Shown in pieces: positions 1 to 12,600 of a stretch of DNA of 64,000 nt (the stretch's first letter is position 1; every line of letters starts with the position of its first letter). The notes beneath the pieces are model-generated. The model did no database searches. It had not been told where the DNA came from and saw only the letters and a program-made list of their open reading frames with translations. The translations under genes and the position numbers were made by a program. The DNA lies in NCBI GenBank assembly GCA_965285935.1, contig OZ260667.1, forward strand, positions 62,062,001 through 62,126,000, given 5' to 3'. This DNA comes from Ophelia neglecta (taxonomy: Eukaryota).

Positions 1-268
1 CACATTCCAAGTGGATCGCCATTGTGTTGGCAGTATCTGGTTAAAGTATGTCAATAATAATTGTCTTTCATTGTACCTGATCGATGAACCGTCGATATCA
101 ACGAACAGAAGTAAACCTTAGACCAATTATACATTGATCACACCCGTTCTAAGTCTGTGCAAGCCTTAGAAACCAAACGAAAAGGGTCCTGGAGTAGGGA
201 CGTTTCTATCATAATAGGAAGCAAACATAACAAAGGATTCAGGTATTCAGTCTATTAGTTGTAACAAC

Positions 269-3200
269 ATGGCGAGGAGAGACAGGTTCCGTGTGTTCCT
301 CTTCAGTATAATGCTGATCTGTTTGGCGTCCTGCGTCCAAAACGATGTTTCTATGATATTTTATAAACAAAATATATGTGCCACCAATCTCATTGAGATA
401 TCAGCTGCGGGTCGTTTTGAGTGTTCCATTGTATGTTTGACCAGAAGAGCCAAGTGTAGAGGGTTTGTTGTGAGACCAAAGCAGGAAGGAGACGGTATTC
501 TCTGTTATCTGGACCCCGCTAACACTAGCACTCTACTGAACTTTCCGGGGACAGTCACACAGGAGACTTACTACCCAGGTAACTTAAAAATATATAGTTC
601 AAGTGTTATTTTATACAGGAGACGGCCTTCGGTTGTTCCTGTTGTTAGCAGGGTCAGGTTCCAGATGTTCCTATTGGTAAGACAGCAGGTTAAGGGTGTT
701 CGTGTTAATCTAACTGAAAAGTTAAGAGAAAGGCTTCGGGCGTTCCTGGTGGTAGGACAGTTATGTTTTCGTTGTTTTTGTTGGTCAGGGATGGGGGTTA
801 CTGCTTATACCGGCTTTAGGTAATCATGTCGATAGGCGAAAACAGGTTCAGGTGCATTTTTGTAAATGATTCTCCGGTTGCTGTTGCTTTGAGAAAGCTA
901 CTGTTCCTTGTTGGTAGGTGATAGTGTTTGTAAAAGGGACATGATCCAGGTATTCCGATTGGTAGAATAGAAATATCTCGGTCGTTACTGTTGATAAAAG
1001 ATGCAGGTTCCGGTTCCTGTTTGTAGAGGAAAGAGGTGCCAATTGTTATTGTTGGTTGGAGACTAATACGGATGTTTGTGCTGGTAGGAAAGACATGGTC
1101 CTGTTCTCCTTGGTTGGAGAATCAGGTTCCTGGTGCTCCTCTTGGTAGTAAAGAGGATGCGGGATTTCCTGTCGGAAAAAAAATCAGGTCAAGGGTGTTC
1201 CTGTTGGAAGGAAAAGTTTCCGTTCATTTTGGTTCAAAATTTCATTACATTGATGATAAAGGTGTTTATTGGTACCAATACATGACATTTCTTATTGTCA
1301 TACCCACGACTTCTCTTCAAAACACTATTAAACACTATTATATACGGTCGTTTCTTCGCCATACGAGGACACATTATATTGAACTTTGCCCCTATCTATT
1401 TTCGCTATTTCGCTACAATGGCAATAGTATACAAAGGGAAAGGTATTTTATCATACTTTCAGCGGAGATAATGTCATGTTGGTGAACGATGGTCCACTTA
1501 GTTATAGCAACAGGTCCAAATGAGATTTTATCATTTATAATACAGTTCTCCATCGTTATGGAGGTCAACCCAATTAATAGTTGTTTGTTAGGGTGTCCTC
1601 ATCAAGGACATATTTTGAATCATCGAGGAAAATCCCTGGCAAATGTAGATATGCAGCACTTCTATGCTGAACTTTTCGAAATTATAAATGATTTTGTGGA
1701 AGTGTAATAGTTGAAAGGGGTTTGTTTGTGGGTGCTAACAAAGTAGTACACGGCGGATGTGGGAAGAGCAAAGCCACTTTTCTATGACATGCCGTTTCAA
1801 TGAGTTTCATACTACTCAAAGCAAAAGGTTGTTTGGCGCTTTTCAATGAGGATGTTCTTAACCTATGGACGCAATATATATTTCAATCCAGGTTAAATTC
1901 TTGCCTTTTCTTTAAGCCTTAATCTCCACCACAGGACGACTTCTGTCAGCCTCTTCTTCATTTCAATCTCGAGTGATTTACGGACCTCAATGTTCGGTTC
2001 TCGGTGTCCCTAAACCTGGCAGCTGTTTCAGCGGTGCTTGGGTTTCTCGCTCTCCGATGGTCAATGATTGGATTCAGGTGGGCTGACATTAAACTGGTTC
2101 ATTTGATTTAAACAAAAAGTAGCGATGTAACTCCATATTGAAATGGGTTGCTAGTGATGTTGAGTGATGGTTGTATGTGTACCGCATTATCATAACGGAA
2201 TATTTGCACATAATTAATCAAATTTTAACAGTATGAATTATAACAAGGCTAAATAGAAATAATGCATTTTTAGATTTTTATCTCCACAATATGTTACCAT
2301 GGAAGTGGACCAGCTATTGATTGTGAAAGAGAATTAAAACTGAAACTGAAGATTACAAATTACTACAGTGGACCAATTATTACAGGCTTGACTGTAATTC
2401 GAATTATTTAAAAAAAAATAGACATGGTGTTTGGTTATGATTGTAGGCGGACCTAGGTATTCCTTACGAAATAGTCGCCATTGCCACCAAGGGACGCGAA
2501 CCTGGCTACTCACAATGGGTGACGTCATACAAACTGGCCATCTATGACGGAAGTGAGGTCATATTTTACCCCAATGGTGTAGAAGAAACAGCCAAGGTGA
2601 GGCGCCAGAATTATATCTAGAAAATCTCACTTGTTATCACTAATTGACTTATTTAATCGTGGCCAAAATTAGCGCCGGTTACTCCATTGCTGTCAATAGA
2701 AAACTGCGGAAAGCGAGACTAAATATAGTATTCATTTAAGAAATATTTACGATGCCATTTCTGACAGTTTAGAGTGGACTTAAATGATCATTACAGCGAT
2801 GAAAGTATTATACCTAAAAACTGTTACTATACAGTCCTTCGAGGTTATGTCTCAGTACCAACCATTTAACGAGTAGCTAAGCCCAGTAAGTCCCTCATTT
2901 TAGCACATTTTGCTGTGGCAGTTTTTTTTATCTTCAGAACAGGTCCCAGATTTAAAATTATATTACATTTAATAATGAGTTTTCCAGTATAATGCTATGC
3001 TAAATATATTATGCAGCAGTTTTAATGTAAAGTTGTAGGTCCCACATGAAAATTTCTCCGATATGAGATTATACTTGATAATGGTTGTAGGATATAAGTT
3101 AATATAACGTATATTTAAATGACGCCGAAGTAATAATATATTCGGGCAAAATATACCGTGTCTTATGAACATGTGTTAACATCCATTTCTGCTCGTTTTG

Positions 3201-3371
3201 AAATGCTTCGTTTATTTTCTTCAGGTTTTCAGTGGAAACTCTGACGAGGATACTGAAGTAAAGCACACCCTGTGTCCCCCTCTAGTGGCCAGAAGAGTAA
3301 GGCTGTATCCTATTACCTATAACGGTTACTGCAGTGTCTGGTGGGAGCTGTACAGCTTCGCAGATGAATAA
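269..3371 (+). CDS. G1: secreted PAN/Apple + F5/8 type C (discoidin) protein, subfamily A, lacking linker micro-exon (~255 aa)
   Basis: Exons 269-578, 1917-2077, 2447-2596 and 3225-3371 with GT-AG ends and phases 1,0,0 give an open frame. Motifs: hydrophobic N-terminus; PAN-like C-x3-C-x6-C-RGF...C-x-L; discoidin motifs LSASS, AW, DWIQADLG, IATKGR, QWVTSYKL, FSGNSD, ARRVRLYP, WELY. Confidence 0.8.
620..1225. repeat. Degenerate minisatellite (GTTCCTGTTGGTAGGA-like units) in intron 1 of subfamily A genes
   Basis: Recurrent ttcctgttggt/gttcctg motifs at irregular spacing. Also seen at ~37450-37920, 44870-45060 and 53200-53570. Confidence 0.55.
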
Positions 3372-4467
3372 ATTAAAGCAGAAGCGAGCATTTACTGACC
3401 GAAATATGAATGAACCGATAATATAACAAACGATTGCGATAACTGAGTGTGATGAGCACTGTCAGATAATCCAATTCATGTTAACGACCTCCAAACGACC
3501 TTGGACATTGATCCTGACGCTCTACTTATATACCGATTAATCCTTACCTTGGTAACTATATATCAATTTCGAAGGATTCTGTGCCAACAAGGTTATATTC
3601 AACATAATAATATGTATGCGATAAAACTTTGTTCACCATGGAAAACAGGTATGGAACTCAGTGCAGGTTGACGACCTCCAAACATCCTTGGACATTGATT
3701 GAATTCCCATTCCCAAATATTTACATAGTAAGCCATATATTGTACAAACAAGGTTATATTACCACGTTATAATGTCCGGGACAAAGCCTAGATTACCATG
3801 GAAACAGGAGGGTGTAATATGTATATAGGAATATCATGTATAACATTCTTGTCTGAAGAGTATATGAACCCATGTGTCAATATTTTATTTTCTCAAAATT
3901 CATCACAACTAGTTTACTACGCGCTAGTCTTTTCTGCACTGTTTGATTAAATGATTACTTCTTTCAGGTATGTTACACAATTATCTTCACAAGAATACCT
4001 TGCGAGACTCAGGGTTTTTTATCTCAAGGTTTTTATCTCAAGGAAAAGCAACAAAAACCAAATGTAGGTAGAGCAGTTAATAAATTTAAGTCCTTTCTTT
4101 TACTTCTTGTAATTCAGCTGGGAAATTATTGGGCTTTGAGTTTGGACTACGAGATTTAATGTAAAAATCTTACATTCTAAAATTATTCTACGGAAGAATG
4201 ATCAGGTATTGACAATAATAAGGTTTTAACTCGGCCTGAGCTGTCTAGGTCTACCCCCATGAGACCATGAATAACAAAGGAATCCTAATAAAGCAACATT
4301 CCTTCTGCCTCTGCTTGATTTAAACACCAACATCTATGATTTTTCAGCCGTTAAGCAATGCACACAAGTGACCGTCGCCGGTGTAGAACTATGCCCTGGC
4401 ATACCTCCGAAAAGAAAAACACGTAATTATCGAGTACTTGTTAAGATTTTTTCCCGGATTTCAATTA

Positions 4468-4690
4468 GGTCCCGGGTTCTCCTGTCCACAACTATGATAG
4501 TCTCTTTGGAGTTTTGCATCAGCTGTGATTTGTTTCCATGTTTTTTTAGAACATATGTGCAACCAATACCACTGAGGCTTTAGATAATAGGCTTTAGAGC
4601 TCTGCCCTGAAGTGTGTCAGTAGGACAAGGTTGCGTAGAGAGCATACTGTGAAATCACATCAGTGCACAGGTGACGTTTTTTGTGATGAA
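4468..4690 (+). pseudogene. Decayed orphan copy of exon 1 (signal + PAN)
   Basis: Residual exon-1 DNA (ccgggttctcctg...gatttgtttccatg...aacatatgtgcaaccaatacc...gccctgaagtgt) with indels. Paralogous relics at ~21750-21955, 42260-42571 and 57440-57655. Confidence 0.6.
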
Positions 4691-4880
4691 GGCTCAGGCA
4701 TCTCAAGTCAAATGATTATATCGGACACCCATTCATAATCCTTGACCATGTATATCATACAATAATTACTATCGTAGTCGGCTAGAGGCACGTTCAGACT
4801 CTGGTGCGGATATCGGGCACCTATTTAACGTGCTATAAGTATGGGTTGCACAAAACAGTTCGTTATGAACCACCTGATGC

Positions 4881-4985
4881 AACTAAGTAAACGGAACATT
4901 TTCGGGACAAACAGGATTGAGGTCTTGTTAGGATTCATGGCGAATGTGCCCTCAACTGTCTGAGAAGAGGAGAGCTGTGTAGCGG
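4881..4985 (+). pseudogene. Second decayed PAN-exon fragment
   Basis: gaatgtgccctcaactgtctgagaagaggagagctgtgtag = ECALNCLRRGELC, matching ECAVKCLSRGGLC. Paralogue at ~57840-57965. Confidence 0.6.
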
Positions 4986-6621
4986 TAAGTAATCTAGACA
5001 AGGCATCCCTAGATATGTACTGTTTTAAACAGCAACACTGTTAATATTAATGATGCAATAGCAGTAAGTATCGCAAGGAATCTAACTAAGAGTCGCCTTA
5101 CACTCATAAGAGACTGGGGGAGGGGGGGGGGTCATGATTGTGCCAAAAAGCAGAAAATCTTGCCCGTTGAAAGTATATATTTTTTTAGATAAAATAAGTC
5201 AGGTAGATATAAAAATAATGTAAAGATGGTAGCATAATGCAAAGTCTGTACAATCAAAGTCAAGCACAATCGCCGACTGGTAAACATTTGTAGAATTTAA
5301 GGCATAGTTGCAGCTATTTCCCAAATGATGAAAATTAAACCAGTGATTCAAACATGACCACTTGGGTGCAGCACTGTCAACACCAATGAAATAAAATGGT
5401 GAGTAGTAATGGTATGGTATCCATTCGGCAAATAGAAATCAATTATGCTGTGAACTCTGACAGCCTCTGCCCCCCCCCCCCCGCCAACAGTAGTATTGTG
5501 AAAGTTAAAACGTTATGCTATGATTTCAATATGATATGTAAGAAATTAATACCAAAAAACTTGAAACATTTTGTTGATGATATTTGCCAAACGCACTCTG
5601 TCAAAAGGTTTTAAAATATTTGTACCCATCCCGTTCCTCATCTTACAGAGAATAACTCTGACACTCATACCTACCCTACCCTAGTCCGTGGATCGAGGTC
5701 GACGTTGGCAGTTTATTGTATACGAATTGAATTTAAATATTCTATGTAAAAAATGTAAATACAAGTAGTTATGGACTGGAACGTAACGAACGCTTATGAG
5801 ACAACATGAAGTTTATTCACAGAGCACACCGGAAACACATCCAAATCAACTTGCACGGACTAATGGCATCCATTGTATTCTGGACTACTTAGGGTATATA
5901 TGAACGCATATAACTTGTATAGCTCGCTCTGCTGCCTCTGCAGCTGCTGCTAGAGAGATCTCTATATACATAGGTTGCACAAATACTTCGCTGTGAACAA
6001 ACTAGTTGCGTGTGTGACGAACTGATCGAAACAACTTTATAGTATTCAATTCCAACTGGATCATCTGCATGAATATCTGATACCAGATAGCCATGGACTA
6101 AAAGCTATGATACTGGGAGGATCGATGGATACGCTTTTAATCACTAAGAGCCATGTCATGTAAAGAAGTGGAGTATGTTGAAAATGGGCAAAATAGTGAC
6201 GAGGCACAAACGCTCCGACAAAACAACATAATATTTCCTGGTCAACGCCATCACGTATTGTGTTGTTTCTATCTAATCACACATGACTCCATTAGGTTTG
6301 TTGTCTTAAAGTGTTTTCCAGCTGAAGACTATGTACACTGCCATCGTGTTTATGAAAGCTACAATAAACAAGGAGCAATTATCATCGATCTTTTCAGTGT
6401 TTTACATATCCTTCTTCATATAGTTTCCAGGTCTGGGGGGTATTATATTCTCGTCGTTCATATTTTGTCTATTTAGTTAATAAGAATGTGTGTCATTTGC
6501 CAGTCTTAGAATCGTTGGCAACTACATATAGGCTAGTCAAACTAGTTGTGATAACACAATGACACCATCGTTGACCAGATGGGGCGCAACTTTATAAACA
6601 TACAGTAGCACTGTTAGCGAC

Positions 6622-9600
6622 ATGGATGGACGAGACAAGTTCCAGCTATTTCTGTTCATGACTCTACTAGTGACTTGTGTGTTCTGCGTCGAAAGTGAAT
6701 TTGTTTCCTTGCAATTTAGTAAGGGGAAAATATGCGCAGCAAACACACTTAAGGTTTTAGTTAAGAGTCATGCAGAATGTGCCGTAAAATGTCTGAGCCG
6801 AGGAGGGCTGTGCAGAGGGTATTTTGTGGGACCGCATCAGGGCGGAGACGGCTTTCTTTGTGATTTAGACTCACGCAACACTGGTACTCTGCTTTATTAT
6901 ACAAAAACAGTCACTGGAAAGAACTTCTATCAAGGTAATCATTTATTTTATTGAGAGTCGTTTACAGATATAACATTTTATGTAATGGCTTGCGGGTTGC
7001 ATATACTTTATGTATGCAGTTTTGAAATGTTTCTATCGATGGTTAATCCAAACATACAAACAAGTCAAGCAATTTGAGTGCATGAAATAGCCGTTATATT
7101 CCTTGTATTCATGAAATGTTTTACTATTGACGCTTAGTGGAACTGCTTGATCTAAATGTTTCACTGTTAAAAAAATCATTAAGAAATTAATCATGACCAC
7201 TTTTCATAGCAAAAGTTAAAATAGAATGCAATGACACAGGAGAAGTAGCTGTTTCAGGGTTCCATTAATTATTTGCTATTACTAATATATAACATATACA
7301 TTGTGTTTGTAAATGGAATTCACAACTCCTATGTTTACAAGCGCAGTTTAAGGAACAGCATTTCTTTCCCATATATTCACCGAACAATTGGATACAATTA
7401 TTCTAGATGGTTCCACAATAAGTATCCTTATATTATAATAAATGATTTTATATTTCAGAAGCAGCAGGCATTCGTTCGGTGGAAAAGGCAGCACGTAAGT
7501 CAAACTATAGACAACTCCTAACAGGAATACGTTAACAATTGAATATGTTATTAGAGATGAGTAATTTAATGGTTATTTCTTATTAGAAATGACTGATAAT
7601 ATAAATTTTATTGTATCTGTTCAAGGCATTACGGGGTACAATATAGACTGTTGGCTTTTTATAACGCACACTTAGTGTCTAGTATATATTTTCAAAGCCG
7701 CTCACGAATACTAGAGATGATTTTATTCCGGGGATAAACTAGGACATTAAGTTATCAGCATGGTAATGGAAGAAGCAAAAAATACCTAACCATTACCTTC
7801 CCTGTTAAGTGACGTGGATCTCTTTTCGTAACTAGCAGAGCCAAGGGTTCGCTCAAAATATATATCTTTGCCCCTCGATACGCCCTAATTAACGTCCGTG
7901 TTCCGATCTCCGAATACAGCCTTGATCACCACCACAGGAGAACTTCTGTCAGCCTCCTCGTCATGGCCGTATGTACAAAATCACGGACCTCAATGTTCGG
8001 TTCTCGGAGTCCCTACACCAGCAGATTGTTACATGGCATGGGTTTCTAGCAACTCTTCGGGAGGGGATTGGATTCAGGTAAACTGAGTTTATTTTCGGAT
8101 GTCTTTGGTTTGAATAGTCAAAACTGGTGCTATGATATAAGAATGTATAGGCGTATTGTTTTCAGGGCTGTAAGTTAACGCTATTGTTTTTACTAGAAGT
8201 GTCAGGGCGCTAAGGCGACTTGTACATGGCCTCTGCTACTATTTGTGTATTTTTTATGGTGAAACTACCAGGTATCCTTCTCAGATTGCATCAACTTGTG
8301 TATGAATGGGTGGAAAGCGTGCAGGTGAATTGTGGATTTGATGTGATTTGTACTTTTCTTGATTTGTTGGATTTTATGTGTCAGGATTATTATCAGGAAT
8401 GGGCCAGGAATAATCAACTCGGACTCATGCAGGAAACACACACTTAAGTGCAAATGCCAAAAGCTGTTGGTGTGTATTGTTCTGGACTGCCATGTGCTGT
8501 TTGCTGAGTCGCCCCGTCAGTGTCAGGTACAAGCGGGAGGACCTAATTCAACTCAACAGGCCTGGTACAAGAGCTGATGTCCAACTTCTTGCCACACTCC
8601 GATTGGCAGGCATTGTTAAGAGGCCAGCCAGTCGTGGTAGCACTGGAGGTAAGAGGCACTACAGTGCAATCCCGACTGTGATAAACACCCCTCAGTGCTA
8701 CAGCAACCAACTACAAACTGGAGTTAACTGGAACAATCTGACACCTATACATTCTGATGTACATGTACTTGGTCCAGAAATTGACCCCGCATTGCCACAG
8801 CAAATACCTGTGGTAACCAGCTCAGTATCTGTGAGTGCTGATAAACAGGGTTTTATTCTCCTGGATGGGAGAGTATCACCTGGACTGGGTCAAGCCGGTG
8901 TCAATTGTCTCAATCTGCAAAAAGTGAAAATAAATTACCCAAATGTTCAGCCAGAGAGGAAAAAATGTCCCCTTCCTCTTGCTCTCTGCACCTTCAACAC
9001 TAGATCTGTTAAAAATAAGGCTTTGGCTCTCTCCGACTTCATTATCACCACAAATATTGACATTATGTGTTTGACTGAAACATGGCTTGGTTCTGATGTG
9101 GATGGTGTGGTCCTGGGTGACCTGGTTCCACAAGGATATGATATTTTTAGTGCTCCAAGACCGGGGGGCATTCTGGTGGTGGTGTTGCTGTGGTCTATAA
9201 GAAAAACTTGGATGTGAGAATGGTTGACTCGACAATTGATATGAAATTCACCAACTTTGAACATATTGACCTAAACATAAAGGTGAATGATGTGCACCTA
9301 AGACTTTGCACAATATACAGACCCCCACCCTCTAGAAAGAATGGGCTTAAGAAAAACATTTTCTTTGAAGAATGGGCATCATACCTAGAGCGCTGCTCTG
9401 AAATGTCAAAGGAAGTGATTATCACAGGCGATTTAAATTTCCATCTGGACATGCCAGAGGACTGTGATGTCAAACACTTTCTCTCCCTCCTGGACGCACA
9501 TAGCCTAGTGCAACATGTTACCATGCCAACTCACAGGAGAGGCCACATACTCGATGTTGTCATAACCCGTGCTGACTCGTCATTGCTGAATGGTATGCCA

Positions 9601-12600
9601 GGGGCTGTGGATCCATGTATTAGTGATCATGTTGCTGTAATTTCTCATCTGAAACTAGACAAACCAAGGCAGGTTGGAAAGACTTTTACTTTTAGAAAAC
9701 TCAGGAACATTTCGGTAGAGGGTTTGTTGTCTGACATTCTTAGTTCTGAGAAGTTACACTCAAGAGAAAATACAACGGTGACTGAAAAGGCCCAGGGTTA
9801 CATTGATGGACTATCAGAAATTGTTGATAAACACGCTCCGCTGATCTCCAAGACAGTGAAGCTTCGACCAAATACTCAGTGGTATACGAATGAACTGCGT
9901 GACCTGAAACGGCAGTGTCGCCGTGCGGAAAGGGCATATCGTAGGACAAACTTGATGGTTCATTATCAGATATTGCACGAGTTGTGCTTGCAGGCAAATG
10001 CACTGCTCACAAAGAAGAAACAGGATTATTTCTCTGCCAAAATCTCTGAGACAAGTAACCAAGGTGATCTGTTCAGGATCAGCAGGCAACTGATGGGTGA
10101 CAGTGGTGAACCTGTATTACCTTGTCATACATCAACAGGGAAGTTGTCCGAAAAGTTTGGTGAATACTTTGTGTGTAAGATTGCAAAGATACGCCATGAT
10201 TTGCTGAAGTTGAATGACCAGTCTGTGGCTCTGTCGGAGGATTACCTCAGAAAGGTCGAACCATGTTTTGAGGGAGCTCCACTACGGCATTTTGAGCCAA
10301 CTACATGTGATGAAATAAAAAGGATCATCATGAAGTCTCCCACTAAGTCATGTGAATGGGACCCACTACCGACATGGTTACTGAAGTACTGTGAAGCCGG
10401 ACTGACACCTGTGATTGCAGATATTGTAAATTGCTCACTGACTTCAGGCTATGTTCCCGACTGCTTCAAATGTGCACTTGTGCGACCTTTGATTAAGAAG
10501 CCAGGGTTAGATAAAGAGAAACTAAGTAACTTCCGACCAGTATCTAACTTGCCCTTCATTTCAAAAATTCTTGAGAAAGTTGTGGCAAAGAGAATTGATG
10601 ATCATATTCGAAATAACATGCTTCAGGACCCCTTGCAGTCTGCCTACCGTCAGCAGCATTCAACTGAGACTGCTCTGCTTAGAGTTCACTCGGATGTCAC
10701 GGAAGCCCTTGATGCGGGACACATGGTTGCTCTGGTGATGCTAGATTTGTCTGCAGCATTCGACACTATAGATCACACTATTTTTCTCCAACGGCTTGAG
10801 ACAATGTACGGTATCACAGGTGATGCTCTGCGATGGTTTCAGTCATACTTAACCAATAGATCTCAACAGGTCTCTATTGATGGGTCTTTGTCACCCAAGA
10901 GGGAACTATGTTTCGGTCTACCACAGGGATCAGTACTTGGGCCAAAGGGATACAGCATATACTGCCGGCCGGTAGGTTATATTGTGAATCAACATGGCCT
11001 GCGCTATCACTGTTATGCTGATGATACTCAGCTATACCTTGTAATAAAATCAAGGGATGAGTGGAGTGCTGCTTCTGAGTCAATTGAGTTTTGTGTCACA
11101 GATATATGCAGGTGGATGACAAGAAACAGACTCAAGTTGAATGAGGGTAAAACGGAAGTGATCTTTTTCACACCTCAACGCTCACAGGATAGATTTGGTG
11201 ACCTGTCGCTGAGCATTGGAGGGACTATTATTAGACCTCAAAAGTGTGTAAAAAATCTTGGTTGCTACCTAGATTCCCACCTATGTATGGACACACAAGT
11301 AGGTCGGATTGTGAAATCAGGATATTTTCAACTGCGGAACATTGGCCGCATCCGTCGATATCTGACAGAGGATGCGTGCCGTGCCCTCGTGCAGGCACTT
11401 GTTGTGTCAAGACTGGACTATGGCAATGCCTTGCTCATTGGACTCCCTCTTCGTCAAATATTGCGACTGCAGAAGTTGCAAAATGCAGCTGCACGTCTGG
11501 TCTCGGGAGTGAGAGGAAGGGGGCACATCACTCCAGTGTTGCGCCAATTACATTGGTTGCCAGTATGTCAACGGATACATTTCAAAGTCCTTCTATATGT
11601 GTACAAGGCACTTAATGGGCTGGCACCACAGTACTTATCTGAACTATTTGAAATATATGTCCCTCCTAGATCATTGAGGTCTGGAGAAAAACTGTTGCTT
11701 GTGGTGCCGAGGGCAAGAACCACTACTTATGGTGACAGAAATTTTAAGCGGGTTGGTGCAATTCTGTGGAATGAACTTCCTGACAGTCTTAAAAATGCCT
11801 CTTCAGTGAACATTTTTAAAAAAAAACTTAAAACTTATCTTTTTACCTTAGCATATAACTGATCAGTGATAGTATTGTGTGATATTTATTTTGGTTCACC
11901 TATGCATAGAGGATCTGGTATGTGTTTTTGGCACAATTTTAAATCTAGTCTCGTTGGTTCTTATCATATAATGCTATGTAAATACTTTATTCATCATTCA
12001 ACATGTGTATGTTTTTAAATGCCAGTGCCTATTTTTATGTAAAGCGCTTTAGAGTATGTACCATAGATAAAGCGCTCTAGAAATACTGTTAATACTGTTA
12101 ATACTGATACTATATAAGGTTTATGGTGTTATCAGGTAATGAACTATGTGAGTTAAGTTTGCTGTAAGTCGGGGTCAAAGGTTAGATTTGGTTTTCAGGG
12201 ATAAGGAGATGTGTAAGGAGCGTGCACTCTGTTAGCTGCCTAACAGTCTAGTTAAAAAAAACTTTATGTCAATGTTGTTAATATTAGGTAATTTTTTATT
12301 AAGTCAATGTTTTATTTTGGGATGTATAATTTGAAATATTGGTTCATGTTGTCATAACTGTTAGTTATTACAAAAGGTTAGATTTTGTTTCTGAGGTAAG
12401 GAGAAGCGTTAGGAACGTCTATTACATTGACAGTCTAATAGTCTAGTTAAAAAATTTGTTTAGTTCATGACAGTGTTGTTAATATAGGGCAATATTTAAT
12501 AAAGTCAATGTTAGGTTTTAAGAAGTATAATTTATAATACTGGTTCATGTTTTGTAATTGGATACGTAGGCGGATCTCGGCAGTACCTATGATGTAGTTT

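Noticed and set aside
579-823. C-terminal extension of ORF 269-823 (and similar extensions at 6954, 29254, 37446, 45115, 59941) as real protein
   Set aside because: This is read-through past a conserved exon-1 GT donor into intron or minisatellite. Paralogue similarity between subfamilies stops at the donor.
6153-6476. Recurrent upstream ORF (also 23252 and 59221) as a conserved small gene
   Set aside because: Starts, stops and lengths differ between copies, and similarity is explained by segmental duplication.
8359-8577. 2A-like ribosome-skipping peptide at the LINE 5' end (IIRNGPG)
   Set aside because: It does not match the D(V/I)ExNPGP consensus.
8876-11615. Antisense and alternative-frame ORFs within the LINE (and within 46435-52073 in the LTR element)
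   Set aside because: Shadow ORFs of long coding sequences with no recognisable motifs.
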